From: a virus
Taxonomy: Duplodnaviria; Caudoviricetes
Direction: 5' to 3' (one strand)
IMG/VR virus record: IMGVR_UViG_3300037787_000010
Span: 1 to 36,702 of that record
DNA: 36,702 nt
The notes beneath the pieces were generated by a model. That model was not told the DNA's origin and ran no database searches. It was given only the letters and a program-made list of their open reading frames with translations. The number at the start of each line of letters is the position of its first letter. The stretch's first letter is position 1. Shown piece after piece: positions 7,991 through 16,973 of this stretch. The translations under genes were made by a program, and so were the position numbers.

Positions 7991-8242
7991 ATGAAGAATG
8001 TAATAGTAATACACGAAAAAGACCTTAGTGATGGTGAGGAAATTGTTATCGGTGTTTGTAGCTCTATTGAGGGTGCGGATAGGTTGATAAAGGAATATTA
8101 CGGAGATTTTACAGAAATTTCATTTACCGACATTAGAGATAGTGATTTGGAGTACAGCAAGGTTATCCAAGCATATTCATACGATGATACAATTAATAGA
8201 TTTGAAATTCTATTACAATTGTTTACAATAGATAGTTTGTAA
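7991..8242 (+). CDS. Hypothetical acidic protein (83 aa)
   Basis: ORF; TAATG coupling to the next gene. Confidence 0.7.
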   Translation: MKNVIVIHEKDLSDGEEIVIGVCSSIEGADRLIKEYYGDFTEISFTDIRDSDLEYSKVIQAYSYDDTINRFEILLQLFTIDSL

Positions 8243-8454
8243 TGGAGTTAACGATCAAGCCAAAGTTCAGAAGAGGACAGACCGTCTACATAAAGACAGA
8301 CCCTGAGCAGTACCCTAGAATGGTCACGGCTTATGTATTAAGGCAAGGCACGGTAATACAGTACGAGGTCACGCTATGCTCTGACGTAACGTATCACAGT
8401 CATTATGAGCTTTCGACGGAGAAGAGTTTTAACTGGTCAGGTGAGATGAATTAA
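8242..8454 (+). CDS. Hypothetical small beta-rich protein (70 aa)
   Basis: KF..GQTVY.KTDPEQ..R.VT pattern; coupled start. Confidence 0.75.
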   Translation: MELTIKPKFRRGQTVYIKTDPEQYPRMVTAYVLRQGTVIQYEVTLCSDVTYHSHYELSTEKSFNWSGEMN

Positions 8455-8486
8455 TTTGCATATGTCGTTTTTTATTCTCACCTTTG
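8455..8486 (+). promoter_or_regulatory. Probable promoter
   Basis: TTTG-N20-CACCTTTG; spacer shares TATGTCGTTTTTT with 22823-22854. Confidence 0.55.
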
Positions 8487-8508
8487 ATTAAACATTAAAA
8501 CAAACGGT

Positions 8509-8754
8509 ATGAAAAGTATTTATTACATTTCAATTGTCCTTTTACTATACTCATGCAGTGAACCTGGATGGAAGGGTAAAAAGGAAATTAAGCAAGTAAA
8601 AGAAACAAGCGTAACAAAAACAGACTTTCCGCTCAGTAGCGTAAGCATAATGAAAGTTGGTGAGTGTGAGTATGTTTTTTGGGAGAATAGTTACGGTAGT
8701 GATATGGAACACTACGAGGGATGTTCAAATCCTAAACACGATAAATCACATTAA
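8509..8754 (+). CDS. Small lipoprotein (81 aa)
   Basis: MKSIYYISIVLLLYS-C lipobox. Confidence 0.75.
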   Translation: MKSIYYISIVLLLYSCSEPGWKGKKEIKQVKETSVTKTDFPLSSVSIMKVGECEYVFWENSYGSDMEHYEGCSNPKHDKSH

Positions 8755-8756
8755 TA

Positions 8757-8780
8757 AGAGGGGCGAAAGCCCCTTATTTT
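8757..8780. terminator. Terminator between convergent genes
   Basis: AGGGGC-GAAA-GCCCCT-TATTTT. Confidence 0.8.
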
Positions 8781-9348
8781 ATCCCAGCAACTTCACAGCC
8801 TCTTGCATAGCCTTTAACAGCTCTTGCATTTCCAAGTCCGCAGAGATACTCTCAGAGTAAAGTCCTTCAATAGAAAAGCCTTTAACCTCACCTAGCTTTA
8901 CCTTTCCCCACAGTTCATCGCTTTCTACGTAACCGCCTACTATCCACGTACCGATCGGAACGTCTATTCCCAGGTGAACGCTCTTATCATTGTCACTCTC
9001 TTTAATCCAACTCTCTACAAAGTGAACACCCTCAACGTCTGACTCATGCTCTAAGGTCGCATTGTTATTGTGGTTCTTCTCAAAGAATCTGTAAGCCGTC
9101 TTACGGATAACTTCTTCAGAGAAGCGAATATAATACTCTTCACCATCAGGGCGCACACGGTAAATAGGCTTATTCGGAATAAGCGCAGCACCGTAGACCA
9201 TCCTGCGTTCTTCGTTCACGCTTTGCAGTTTCACCTCTTCAGAGTTAAGGTACACCCACTCAGATTCGATTGCAGGTTTCTCGACGAAGGAAATAGCGTG
9301 AACACCTAGCTTTCCTTCTTCGTCAATTTGTAGGTCAATTATTTTCAT
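8779..9348 (-). CDS. Prohead protease, XkdF-like (189 aa)
   Basis: AISFVE.PAIE, G.ALIP.K.IYR, TLEH, ESW, GTW, VK.GEVKGFSIEG. Confidence 0.88.
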   Translation of the reverse strand: MKIIDLQIDEEGKLGVHAISFVEKPAIESEWVYLNSEEVKLQSVNEERRMVYGAALIPNKPIYRVRPDGEEYYIRFSEEVIRKTAYRFFEKNHNNNATLEHESDVEGVHFVESWIKESDNDKSVHLGIDVPIGTWIVGGYVESDELWGKVKLGEVKGFSIEGLYSESISADLEMQELLKAMQEAVKLLG

Positions 9349-9390
9349 TTGTTATTTTATTTTCGTTACTTGCAGTAAAATTAAAACGTT

Positions 9391-9573
9391 ATGTCTAATA
9401 CAACTTCATCTAGCACAGGTATCGGAGTGCCAATGGTACTTACTCTTATTTTCACAACTCTAAAGCTAATTGGCTCTATTGATTGGTCATGGTGGTGGAT
9501 ATTATCCCCATTATGGATTTCGGTAATTTTGGCTCTTATTTTTTTGGTAATTATTTTTGTTATTCAAAAGTAA
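9391..9573 (+). CDS. Small two-helix membrane protein (60 aa), moron
   Basis: GIG...L.LIF..LKL.G.IDWSWWW.LSPLW, a widespread phage membrane peptide motif. Confidence 0.8.
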   Translation: MSNTTSSSTGIGVPMVLTLIFTTLKLIGSIDWSWWWILSPLWISVILALIFLVIIFVIQK

Positions 9574-9585
9574 GTGTTATATTTG
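9556..9585 (+). promoter_or_regulatory. Promoter-like element with no downstream ORF
   Basis: TTTG-N18-TATATTTG. Confidence 0.45.
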
Positions 9586-9610
9586 TGTCTGCATTATATA
9601 CGGACTATAA

Positions 9611-9652
9611 CAAAAGCTCCCAACCTATATAGGTACTGAGGGGCTTTTGTTT
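9611..9652. terminator. Terminator between convergent genes
   Basis: CAAAAGCTCC...GGGGCTTTTG-TTT. Confidence 0.6.
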
Positions 9653-11547
9653 TACAACGTAGTCAAGTCCTTAACCCTCATAGACGCTTCCTGTTGATTC
9701 ATCGCTTGTCCTTCTAATACATAAGCCGGTATAGCCTGTTGGTTGTTCTGCTGATTCAAGAACCCAAAGTCAATCGCTGCTGTCGGCTGTGGTGCTGATG
9801 CTGTTGCAGAGCCTCCAACTGAAGGACGAGAACCACCACCCCCGCCTGAAGTAGAAGAGCTGAACTTAGTTGATGCAATCTTAGCTACATTCGCAATTCC
9901 TGTTGTTATCGTTGCTGCCATCGCTGCAAATCTAGCGGGGCCAGGAGTAGGCCAATCAGCTAATACTTTATTGGCAGCCCTAAAAGTATCTACAAGCGCA
10001 CCCGCAATACCTACCGCTTTATTTACTGCGAATATCTTTCTTGCGCTTGACTCACTACTCCCAGCAAGAAGCTCTCCAATTCCTATTAAGCTGTTAGCCG
10101 TCTGCATAGCAAAATCTACCTTAGCCTTTTGCGTTCTCTTATAATCAGCTAATTCTTCATCTCTCTTCTTTCTAGCTTCTTCATCTTGCTTTATTAAAGC
10201 GTCTTCTTGTAGTTTACCAAGCTCATAGTTTTGCTGTATTTGAAGTTCCTTTAAAAGCTCTAATTCACCGTTAGCTTGTTCCCTTAGTCGTTCATACTTT
10301 GCGTTTATCTGTTCCTCCTCTGTCTGAATACGCTTAGACTCTAAGAAATCACGTACTGACTCTACATCTTTAAGTATCTTCTTTTGCTCCTCAGCTAAAG
10401 CCTTGTCTCTCTCTATCTGTTGAGATGTAAATTCTTCGTTTAGCTTATTCCTTTCGTCAATATTTTTCTTTATCGTATTCTGATATTCTTGCGATCTTTG
10501 TTGTCTGAGTGTGTTTAGTTTATTCTGAAGTGTGGTCTGTAATTCATAGGACTCTTCTCGTATTCTGTAAAGCTCTATTTCTGCCTCTGCCTCTGCGTCG
10601 AGGTCTTTATCCATGCTATTAGATAAAGCATTTCTTTCTTTTATTATTCTTAGATTCTCTTCAGCAGCGGCAACTCTCTGAGACATTAAGTCTTGCTCTA
10701 ATTCCCCCGCTTTCCTTGCCGCTTCTTCCCTTTCTTTATAACTCTTAGTTGTGTCTTCTGCGTCCTTGTTTAGTTTTTTAATCTCAGACCTTCTCTTTGC
10801 AGTTTCTATATTTAACTCTCTAGTTAAATCCCTTAACTCTTGCTCAGCCTTGGTTAAAGCAATTGCCTTTCTCGCTGCCTCGTCCATCTCAGAAGCCACT
10901 CCTGCAATAGACTTAGCAAGTGCATCCTGCTGTTCTTTGTCTAATCCTGTGGCAACCTGTACTAATGATCGCGCGTAGTCTTCAGCACCTTGCTTTACGC
11001 CCTCCCAATCAAGCGAAAAGGCAGACTCTAATATCTTACCAAATGCAATAACTTGGTTTTTCAGTCCCTCAAATCTATTGACTATGTTAGTCTTAACAGC
11101 TTCCCATAAGTCTTTAACCGCTTTCTGTGGATTCTGAAAAGCATTAACTAAAGACTCTCCAATACTGGACGCTAAATCTACAAGAACAGAAAAAACAGCA
11201 CTTAAACCTGAAGTGGCTCTCTCTAAAAGCTCCGCTCCTTTTTTTGTTTGAGTAAAATAAGCTACCAATGAACCTAAAGCCACCACAAGCGCACCAATAC
11301 CCGTTGATATAATCGCAGCCCTTAGTGTCTTAAAACCACTAGCAAGCCCTGTTATACTCCCTGTAACGCCTCTTACGGCAGCAGCAGCACGGGGCGAAGC
11401 CTTTTCAAGAAAACTGAATCCAGCCTTCCCCTCTTTACCCATTTTTTGGGTTTCCTTGTTCAGCCCTTTAAGTTCGCTCTCGACCTTGTTAATGCCTTGA
11501 ACCGCCCCTTTTTCGTCTACATCTATTTCGAGTATGTACTTTGCCAT
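9652..11547 (-). CDS. Tail tape measure protein (631 aa)
   Basis: Ala-rich helical/coiled coil with FKTLRAAIISTGIGALVVALGSLVAYF motif and a G/S-rich C-terminal linker. Confidence 0.88.
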   Translation of the reverse strand: MAKYILEIDVDEKGAVQGINKVESELKGLNKETQKMGKEGKAGFSFLEKASPRAAAAVRGVTGSITGLASGFKTLRAAIISTGIGALVVALGSLVAYFTQTKKGAELLERATSGLSAVFSVLVDLASSIGESLVNAFQNPQKAVKDLWEAVKTNIVNRFEGLKNQVIAFGKILESAFSLDWEGVKQGAEDYARSLVQVATGLDKEQQDALAKSIAGVASEMDEAARKAIALTKAEQELRDLTRELNIETAKRRSEIKKLNKDAEDTTKSYKEREEAARKAGELEQDLMSQRVAAAEENLRIIKERNALSNSMDKDLDAEAEAEIELYRIREESYELQTTLQNKLNTLRQQRSQEYQNTIKKNIDERNKLNEEFTSQQIERDKALAEEQKKILKDVESVRDFLESKRIQTEEEQINAKYERLREQANGELELLKELQIQQNYELGKLQEDALIKQDEEARKKRDEELADYKRTQKAKVDFAMQTANSLIGIGELLAGSSESSARKIFAVNKAVGIAGALVDTFRAANKVLADWPTPGPARFAAMAATITTGIANVAKIASTKFSSSTSGGGGGSRPSVGGSATASAPQPTAAIDFGFLNQQNNQQAIPAYVLEGQAMNQQEASMRVKDLTTL

Positions 11548-11753
11548 TATGCTACTATCTTAAATACTACCCATGCTGCTGCGCCAATGTATGCAGTAAG
11601 GTAAATTGCCGTTAATAAATAATCCACACCTTTAAGCACGTTAGGGTACTTCAGTAGGTTGCATCCCCTTGCGAACTTATCTTCCTTCGTACCTATCTCA
11701 TCGCTTTCCATAAGCTGCTCAATGACTTCTGATATTTTAGGAAACTGCTGCAT
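11547..11753 (-). CDS. Small protein with C-terminal TM helix (68 aa)
   Basis: Overlaps both neighbouring genes; hydrophobic C-terminus. Confidence 0.7.
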   Translation of the reverse strand: MQQFPKISEVIEQLMESDEIGTKEDKFARGCNLLKYPNVLKGVDYLLTAIYLTAYIGAAAWVVFKIVA

Positions 11754-14700
11754 ACGCTCTAACTTGTGTTATTTCTAATGTCGCTGATATTTGCAAGTCA
11801 CTTGCCGGAAGTCCTGCCGATGCCACCGCCTCAATTCTCATCCTATGCTGTGCCGTGTTTGTTGTTACGTCGAAGTCTAGTTCCAAGTGTGCCGTTAAGT
11901 TACCGTCCTCGTGATCGGGTGCGATTTGCTGTGTGGTAACTCCTGCCACTCCGTTAGCCTTGTGCATCTCAAAGAAGTACACTTGCTGCCCCCACTTATC
12001 TATCGCCGCCGTTGCCACGTTGTAGTGTGCATAGGAAACGCTTAACTGCGCAGCCCATACCGTTTCGTCAGGAATGGACAGTCTATCGTTTGCGTTCAGG
12101 AATATCTCTATCTGGTCGCCGTTATTAGTGAGCGTCCCTTCACCTTGAAAGGATAACCACCCGAACTGTGAACGCCCTAATATAGTGTCATCGCTGTCAG
12201 ACACTCCACCACCGAACCACAGCCCTCGGTAGTTTACTTGGGTGTTCTCACCAAAGGCTGCGAAAGCCCCTAAGTTATCGTCAGCCTCCATCGTCTTACC
12301 GTGCATGATAGAACCGATGTTACCCTGTCCACTTGTAAGGTTATCACCCCCATACTTCGCACCGAAGTTCCCGGCTTGTATATTGGAATTTGATACATAG
12401 GCGATACTATCACTCGGAAGTGGTGCAGAGTTCCCTGATCCTTGCCCGAAGTTAGTCAGTCCGCTTGTATTAGGTCGGAATCCTCCCTGTGGTATGTTCC
12501 AAAAACACGCAGAGCCTACCCAAGTATATCCGAAGTATTCACAACACTCTTGCGTCCCTGCTCCTGTTGCCCCTCCTTCATCTTCAAAGGTAATCGTGCC
12601 ACTTGCATTACTTTGGAACGGTGTCCACTCGCATCCCGTTTGTAGGGTAAGTATCTTAATCAGCTTCAGCTTCGTAGGCTCATTTGCTCCTACGTTGTAG
12701 CCTTGCACTTCAAGCACACGCCAATAACTATCCTTTATCCAAATGACATCGGAGAAGTCGAAGTTAAGGAAGTCGGAAATGGACAGCATAAAGTGTGCCT
12801 CCATTATCCGTGCGCTAGGGTCGTATATCTCTCTAATGTATTCCTGCCAATAACGGTAGAATAGATTGAGGTAAGGCGCACCAACGGTCTGCTGAAGATA
12901 TACCTCCTGCCCGAAGTTTAGGTCAAGCGTAGCCTCACCTGGTTCTCCATTCTCAATGTCGTAATTATCGAAGTGCGACAATACCCTGCACGTTGTATCA
13001 GTAACCGTCGCTGTATCGTCGTCGTACACTTGCACGTTGTCTACATCAAAAGCGTGGTAAAGTATGCGTGGCTTTACCTTAAATGTTTCCCCCTTGTCAT
13101 TGATAAACTTCGGGATAGGTACATTCGTGCCAATGATGTTATTACACGGGGTGGGTGCGAACTTCAGTTCCACTGAGTTAGTGCCACTTGCAAAGTCGCT
13201 TCTGAGGTTCGTAAGTATCGGGCTATCCTCCGTATCAAGTTGCCCGAAGATTCTATCGCCCTCGTCTGTGTATATCTTATTGAGTGCATCGCCATCCTCA
13301 CGGTAGGTATAAAGCAAATCCCTCGACTGTATAGAATTGGTAGACTTAGTAAGCACGTCATGATTCAAGTCTAACTTCCCCGTCCAATCCAAAGTTTCCC
13401 CACTCTGCAAGTATTGATTCATGGATTCAATACGCACCTTGTTAGGCACGTTCTTATCGGGAACGATGATAAGGTTGTGCATCCTTGCAATCGAGGTAAT
13501 AAAATCGTATTGCCTCATCTCAGGAGCATTAAGAGCCATGTCAACGGTATAGTCTGCAACTTGCGCCACCACCTCAAACATCTCCATTCCCGTACCTTCA
13601 GATGGCGAATAACCCGCAGTGCCTTCAACGTCTATATCCCATCCGCCATTAGAGATGTAATAAACAGATAGCTTAACAGTATCACCGCTGTTTATGAACA
13701 GGTCTACATACTCAACGAAGTTAACGCCAAATTCTGAAACCACAGCGTTTGGTGATGAGTTTAGTATTTCGTCATCCCCATCATCACGAAGCATTAACTG
13801 AACCTGCGGGGAACTACCACCCATACCTGAGCGATTAAACGTTCCCCAATACCTAAACCTAAATATCCCTGTAAATGGTGCTGTGAATACGTTTGCAGAA
13901 ACGTTCCCACCGTTGTCATAACTCTCGGTTAGCTCGGTGGAGAAATCAAAGAACCCTGTACCTGCGCTTATCGTAAACTCATCTGCGGTAAGCAAGTTCA
14001 ATCTGAAGTTCTGACCGTTTGGCGGTTCTGTGCTTATAGGGGCTATTGTACCGTTATACCAAGGAATCCAATATGAATCTAATGTATCGGGAAAGTCAGA
14101 AGGTGAATCAATAGTAAACCCTGCATCGCTCCAAATGTTATCCCAAATCCAACGAGCTTTAACGGCAGGTGTAAGGTCAGACGGATAGAGTGGATTAGAT
14201 GCAGCAGCAGGAGCGAATACAGGTCTTGTGCCTACCTCACCACCTTGTGAGAAGTTCTGTCCTTTGTCAATAAGGAAATACTTTACATTCCCACTCTGCA
14301 AGTTGTCGTTAGTAACCGCATCATAGTCTAAGTCATGTTCTAAGTCTGTGGATAGCTGAGTAAGTTCCGATAACTTTAAGTCACCTATTTCAGCTTTAAT
14401 GTCAGGAGTTTCCCCAAAGTACCGAAGCGTTGCCTCGTAACCTACTTTAGTCTTTATGATGTCTGTGATTTCAACATGACCTTGTGAATAAGGGATAGTA
14501 TCAACCGTAACGTAAGCGGGTATCTTCTCCTTTGGATTGTACCACCCTACGTAGTTAACGTCGTATATCGCTCCTATGAAATCCTGGAACTCTTCATTTA
14601 TAGGAGAGCGGAAAGTGTCAGAATAAGCCCCTGTCGGTCTAAAGTTCTGTAAGTCCGTGAACGACAAGTTAAGCGAAACATTATATCCGTCGAATGTAGG

Positions 14701-14757
14701 CACAATGAACCTATCTCCATCGGGGTTTTCAAGGTATAATATAATTTCTCCGCTCAT
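11737..14757 (-). CDS. Large tail tip/hub protein (about 1006 aa)
   Basis: Position, size and beta-rich composition; Cys motif CCEYFGYTW; start at TAATG overlap (MSGEIILY). Confidence 0.8.
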   Translation of the reverse strand: MSGEIILYLENPDGDRFIVPTFDGYNVSLNLSFTDLQNFRPTGAYSDTFRSPINEEFQDFIGAIYDVNYVGWYNPKEKIPAYVTVDTIPYSQGHVEITDIIKTKVGYEATLRYFGETPDIKAEIGDLKLSELTQLSTDLEHDLDYDAVTNDNLQSGNVKYFLIDKGQNFSQGGEVGTRPVFAPAAASNPLYPSDLTPAVKARWIWDNIWSDAGFTIDSPSDFPDTLDSYWIPWYNGTIAPISTEPPNGQNFRLNLLTADEFTISAGTGFFDFSTELTESYDNGGNVSANVFTAPFTGIFRFRYWGTFNRSGMGGSSPQVQLMLRDDGDDEILNSSPNAVVSEFGVNFVEYVDLFINSGDTVKLSVYYISNGGWDIDVEGTAGYSPSEGTGMEMFEVVAQVADYTVDMALNAPEMRQYDFITSIARMHNLIIVPDKNVPNKVRIESMNQYLQSGETLDWTGKLDLNHDVLTKSTNSIQSRDLLYTYREDGDALNKIYTDEGDRIFGQLDTEDSPILTNLRSDFASGTNSVELKFAPTPCNNIIGTNVPIPKFINDKGETFKVKPRILYHAFDVDNVQVYDDDTATVTDTTCRVLSHFDNYDIENGEPGEATLDLNFGQEVYLQQTVGAPYLNLFYRYWQEYIREIYDPSARIMEAHFMLSISDFLNFDFSDVIWIKDSYWRVLEVQGYNVGANEPTKLKLIKILTLQTGCEWTPFQSNASGTITFEDEGGATGAGTQECCEYFGYTWVGSACFWNIPQGGFRPNTSGLTNFGQGSGNSAPLPSDSIAYVSNSNIQAGNFGAKYGGDNLTSGQGNIGSIMHGKTMEADDNLGAFAAFGENTQVNYRGLWFGGGVSDSDDTILGRSQFGWLSFQGEGTLTNNGDQIEIFLNANDRLSIPDETVWAAQLSVSYAHYNVATAAIDKWGQQVYFFEMHKANGVAGVTTQQIAPDHEDGNLTAHLELDFDVTTNTAQHRMRIEAVASAGLPASDLQISATLEITQVRAYAAVS

Positions 14758-16058
14758 TACCACATATCATTTGAGTAGCGGAATCTTAGAGTTATCTCTT
14801 TGTATTCCGCTCTTTTTAATTGTTCTTCTGCCCACTCCCTATTCTCCAATACTAAGCCCTCAATAACGGGGCTGTCATCAGGCGGGATAATCTGTATATC
14901 CGTACTCTTCACAAGGTAAGTCAATAGCTCGTAATCCGCAGTGGTAAGGTTGCCTTTACTCACTTCGATATAACGCTCTGTGTTCACACCGAAGTCAGTC
15001 ATCCCCCTATCCCAACTATCATGGTCGTATGTCGATGAGAAGTTACCAAGTACTTTCTTGTACCTCTTACGCTCCACCTGTATCGACGGTGTGCGCTTCT
15101 TATCGAAGTCAAAGTAATCCCAGCCCCCCATGCCGTTTTCAAATGCTATCCGGGTGTTATCGTATCGGCACTCTTCAACCTTGTAGAATACATACTTCTT
15201 ACTTACCGAAGCATTGGACAATAAGAATTCACAAGTATAGTAAGCCCAATCCGTTGAACTGTCAGGAGTGTCTATCGTCATGCCAAACACCCAATTCGAT
15301 AATGACTTCGGGTAGATAGGCAGGAATGAAATCTTAGTCGCCACACTTCCCCCTGTCGGTAGGGTGAAATCGTATGTATCAAGCTGTGTACCTGAAGCAT
15401 CGAATATCGTGTACCTCAGTTCATCGGTTATAGTATTGTCTGCAATGTAAGACATCACACCCCAGTCATCCTGATAAACAGGTATTGCCGTAGCATCTTC
15501 TAAGCCGTAATTCCCTGCGAATTTCCAATTGTTATCGTTCCTTCGAGTAAGGACGTACACATCATTGCCCGAGTAAAGGTAGGTTGACAGAGCGGGTTTA
15601 TATCCCTGCCAAGGTTGAAACGAACCTGCAAAGGCGGTTAGGTTTTGTGCCATTATTGCTGAACTCGATCCCGTCGGGCTATCTTCTAAAACTCCATCCA
15701 CTAGCCATGCCTCCTGAACGGAATACTCAACATCCACAGCGGAGTAGTCGCCATTGAAGTAAAAAGCACTTGGTGAGTATGTGTGCACCGTCTGAGAACT
15801 CACTCCGTTAGGTAGTGTATCTACATAACAGAACTTGTCTACCACAGTCTGCAAGTCTATAATCCCATAGCCATTAGGATTAGGCTGCACGTAGAAATTG
15901 AACGTCTCCGAGTCAGCACCGAAAGTAATGGTAAATGTCATCTTATAACGAAACCCTGTATTCTGACGAATAGGTAGAGAATCTTCATAAGCTGTAAATA
16001 TCAGCCTTTGCTTCTTCGGTGTTAACGCGAAGGGTTCTTGTGACCAATCTAGTGCCAT
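14757..16058 (-). CDS. Minor tail/distal tail protein (433 aa)
   Basis: Tail module position; F.N..GGWDYF.F motif. Confidence 0.7.
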   Translation of the reverse strand: MALDWSQEPFALTPKKQRLIFTAYEDSLPIRQNTGFRYKMTFTITFGADSETFNFYVQPNPNGYGIIDLQTVVDKFCYVDTLPNGVSSQTVHTYSPSAFYFNGDYSAVDVEYSVQEAWLVDGVLEDSPTGSSSAIMAQNLTAFAGSFQPWQGYKPALSTYLYSGNDVYVLTRRNDNNWKFAGNYGLEDATAIPVYQDDWGVMSYIADNTITDELRYTIFDASGTQLDTYDFTLPTGGSVATKISFLPIYPKSLSNWVFGMTIDTPDSSTDWAYYTCEFLLSNASVSKKYVFYKVEECRYDNTRIAFENGMGGWDYFDFDKKRTPSIQVERKRYKKVLGNFSSTYDHDSWDRGMTDFGVNTERYIEVSKGNLTTADYELLTYLVKSTDIQIIPPDDSPVIEGLVLENREWAEEQLKRAEYKEITLRFRYSNDMW

Positions 16059-16655
16059 CTATGTAAGTTTTTCTTCAATGTCCATTTTCAATGCCTCTTC
16101 AAATCGTGTCTTCCAGTCCGGTATAGCATCCTCCACAGCATCGCCCATATAGTTAAGCGGTGCAAAGCCGTACTTTGCGATAGACCTACCGATAAGGAAC
16201 GCTGCCTGTGGAAGTCTATCAACTTCTTTCCCTTTATTCTTTCCCCTTGTCGGTGTGTAGTATCTCTTCTTAAACCCTCCGAGCTTTCCGTTCTTAAACT
16301 CCCTTAAACGGATAGGCTTTCGCTTCATCCAGTCAAGTATAGCCTTTTGGTTGATATTCTTACCCTTAAAGCTGAACGGACTGCCGTGCTTCTTCTTCGT
16401 TCCGTTCACACCCTCTTCCACGAACGCTGCGTAATCACTTGCCTTGCCCCTTGCGATGAATTGCACTTTAGTACCTCCACTACTTACCTTTATGCTGTAC
16501 CCTAAAGACTCCCTTAGTGTACCTGAACTATCAGCCCTGCGTTTCTTCTTACGCCCTCGCCTGTCGGTAACGGTACGGTAAGCACCTAGGTTACGTTGCG
16601 CTCGTTCGACAACGTCCTGAGAGAAATCTTCTATGGCTTTACTCAGGTTGCTCAT
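16059..16655 (-). CDS. Neck/tail-completion protein, HK97 gp10-like (198 aa)
   Basis: Basic; SG.L..S, YA.FVE.G, I.RSI...G..P..Y motifs. Confidence 0.65.
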   Translation of the reverse strand: MSNLSKAIEDFSQDVVERAQRNLGAYRTVTDRRGRKKKRRADSSGTLRESLGYSIKVSSGGTKVQFIARGKASDYAAFVEEGVNGTKKKHGSPFSFKGKNINQKAILDWMKRKPIRLREFKNGKLGGFKKRYYTPTRGKNKGKEVDRLPQAAFLIGRSIAKYGFAPLNYMGDAVEDAIPDWKTRFEEALKMDIEEKLT

Positions 16656-16710
16656 TTGGTTAATTCAGATTAAATGCTTTTCTTTGTGGTGTACTTAAAA
16701 ACATATCAAA

Positions 16711-16932
16711 ATGAAAGTTACTATTCAAAAAAGCAAAAAGAAAGAAGTAGAGCGCACTTACCCTTACTTTGGGGAAGGGTATAATACAGGAAAGATTATT
16801 TTCTTTTATAGTAAGAACGCTGGAATTGTGATTGACCCCGGTGATTCCGCCCTTAATGCTGGTGAAATTGGGAGTTGTTTTCATGAAGGTCAGTACACCC
16901 CTGTTACAGACCCAATTCTTATTGAACCTTAA
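16711..16932 (+). CDS. Hypothetical moron (73 aa) in the tail operon, opposite strand
   Basis: A-rich leader and own terminator. Confidence 0.7.
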   Translation: MKVTIQKSKKKEVERTYPYFGEGYNTGKIIFFYSKNAGIVIDPGDSALNAGEIGSCFHEGQYTPVTDPILIEP

Positions 16933-16933
16933 T

Positions 16934-16957
16934 AACGGGGCGAAAGCCCCTTTTTTT
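16934..16957. terminator. Intrinsic terminator
   Basis: GGGGC-GAAA-GCCCC followed by a T-run. Confidence 0.85.
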
Positions 16958-16973
16958 ATATCCTTACCTATCC

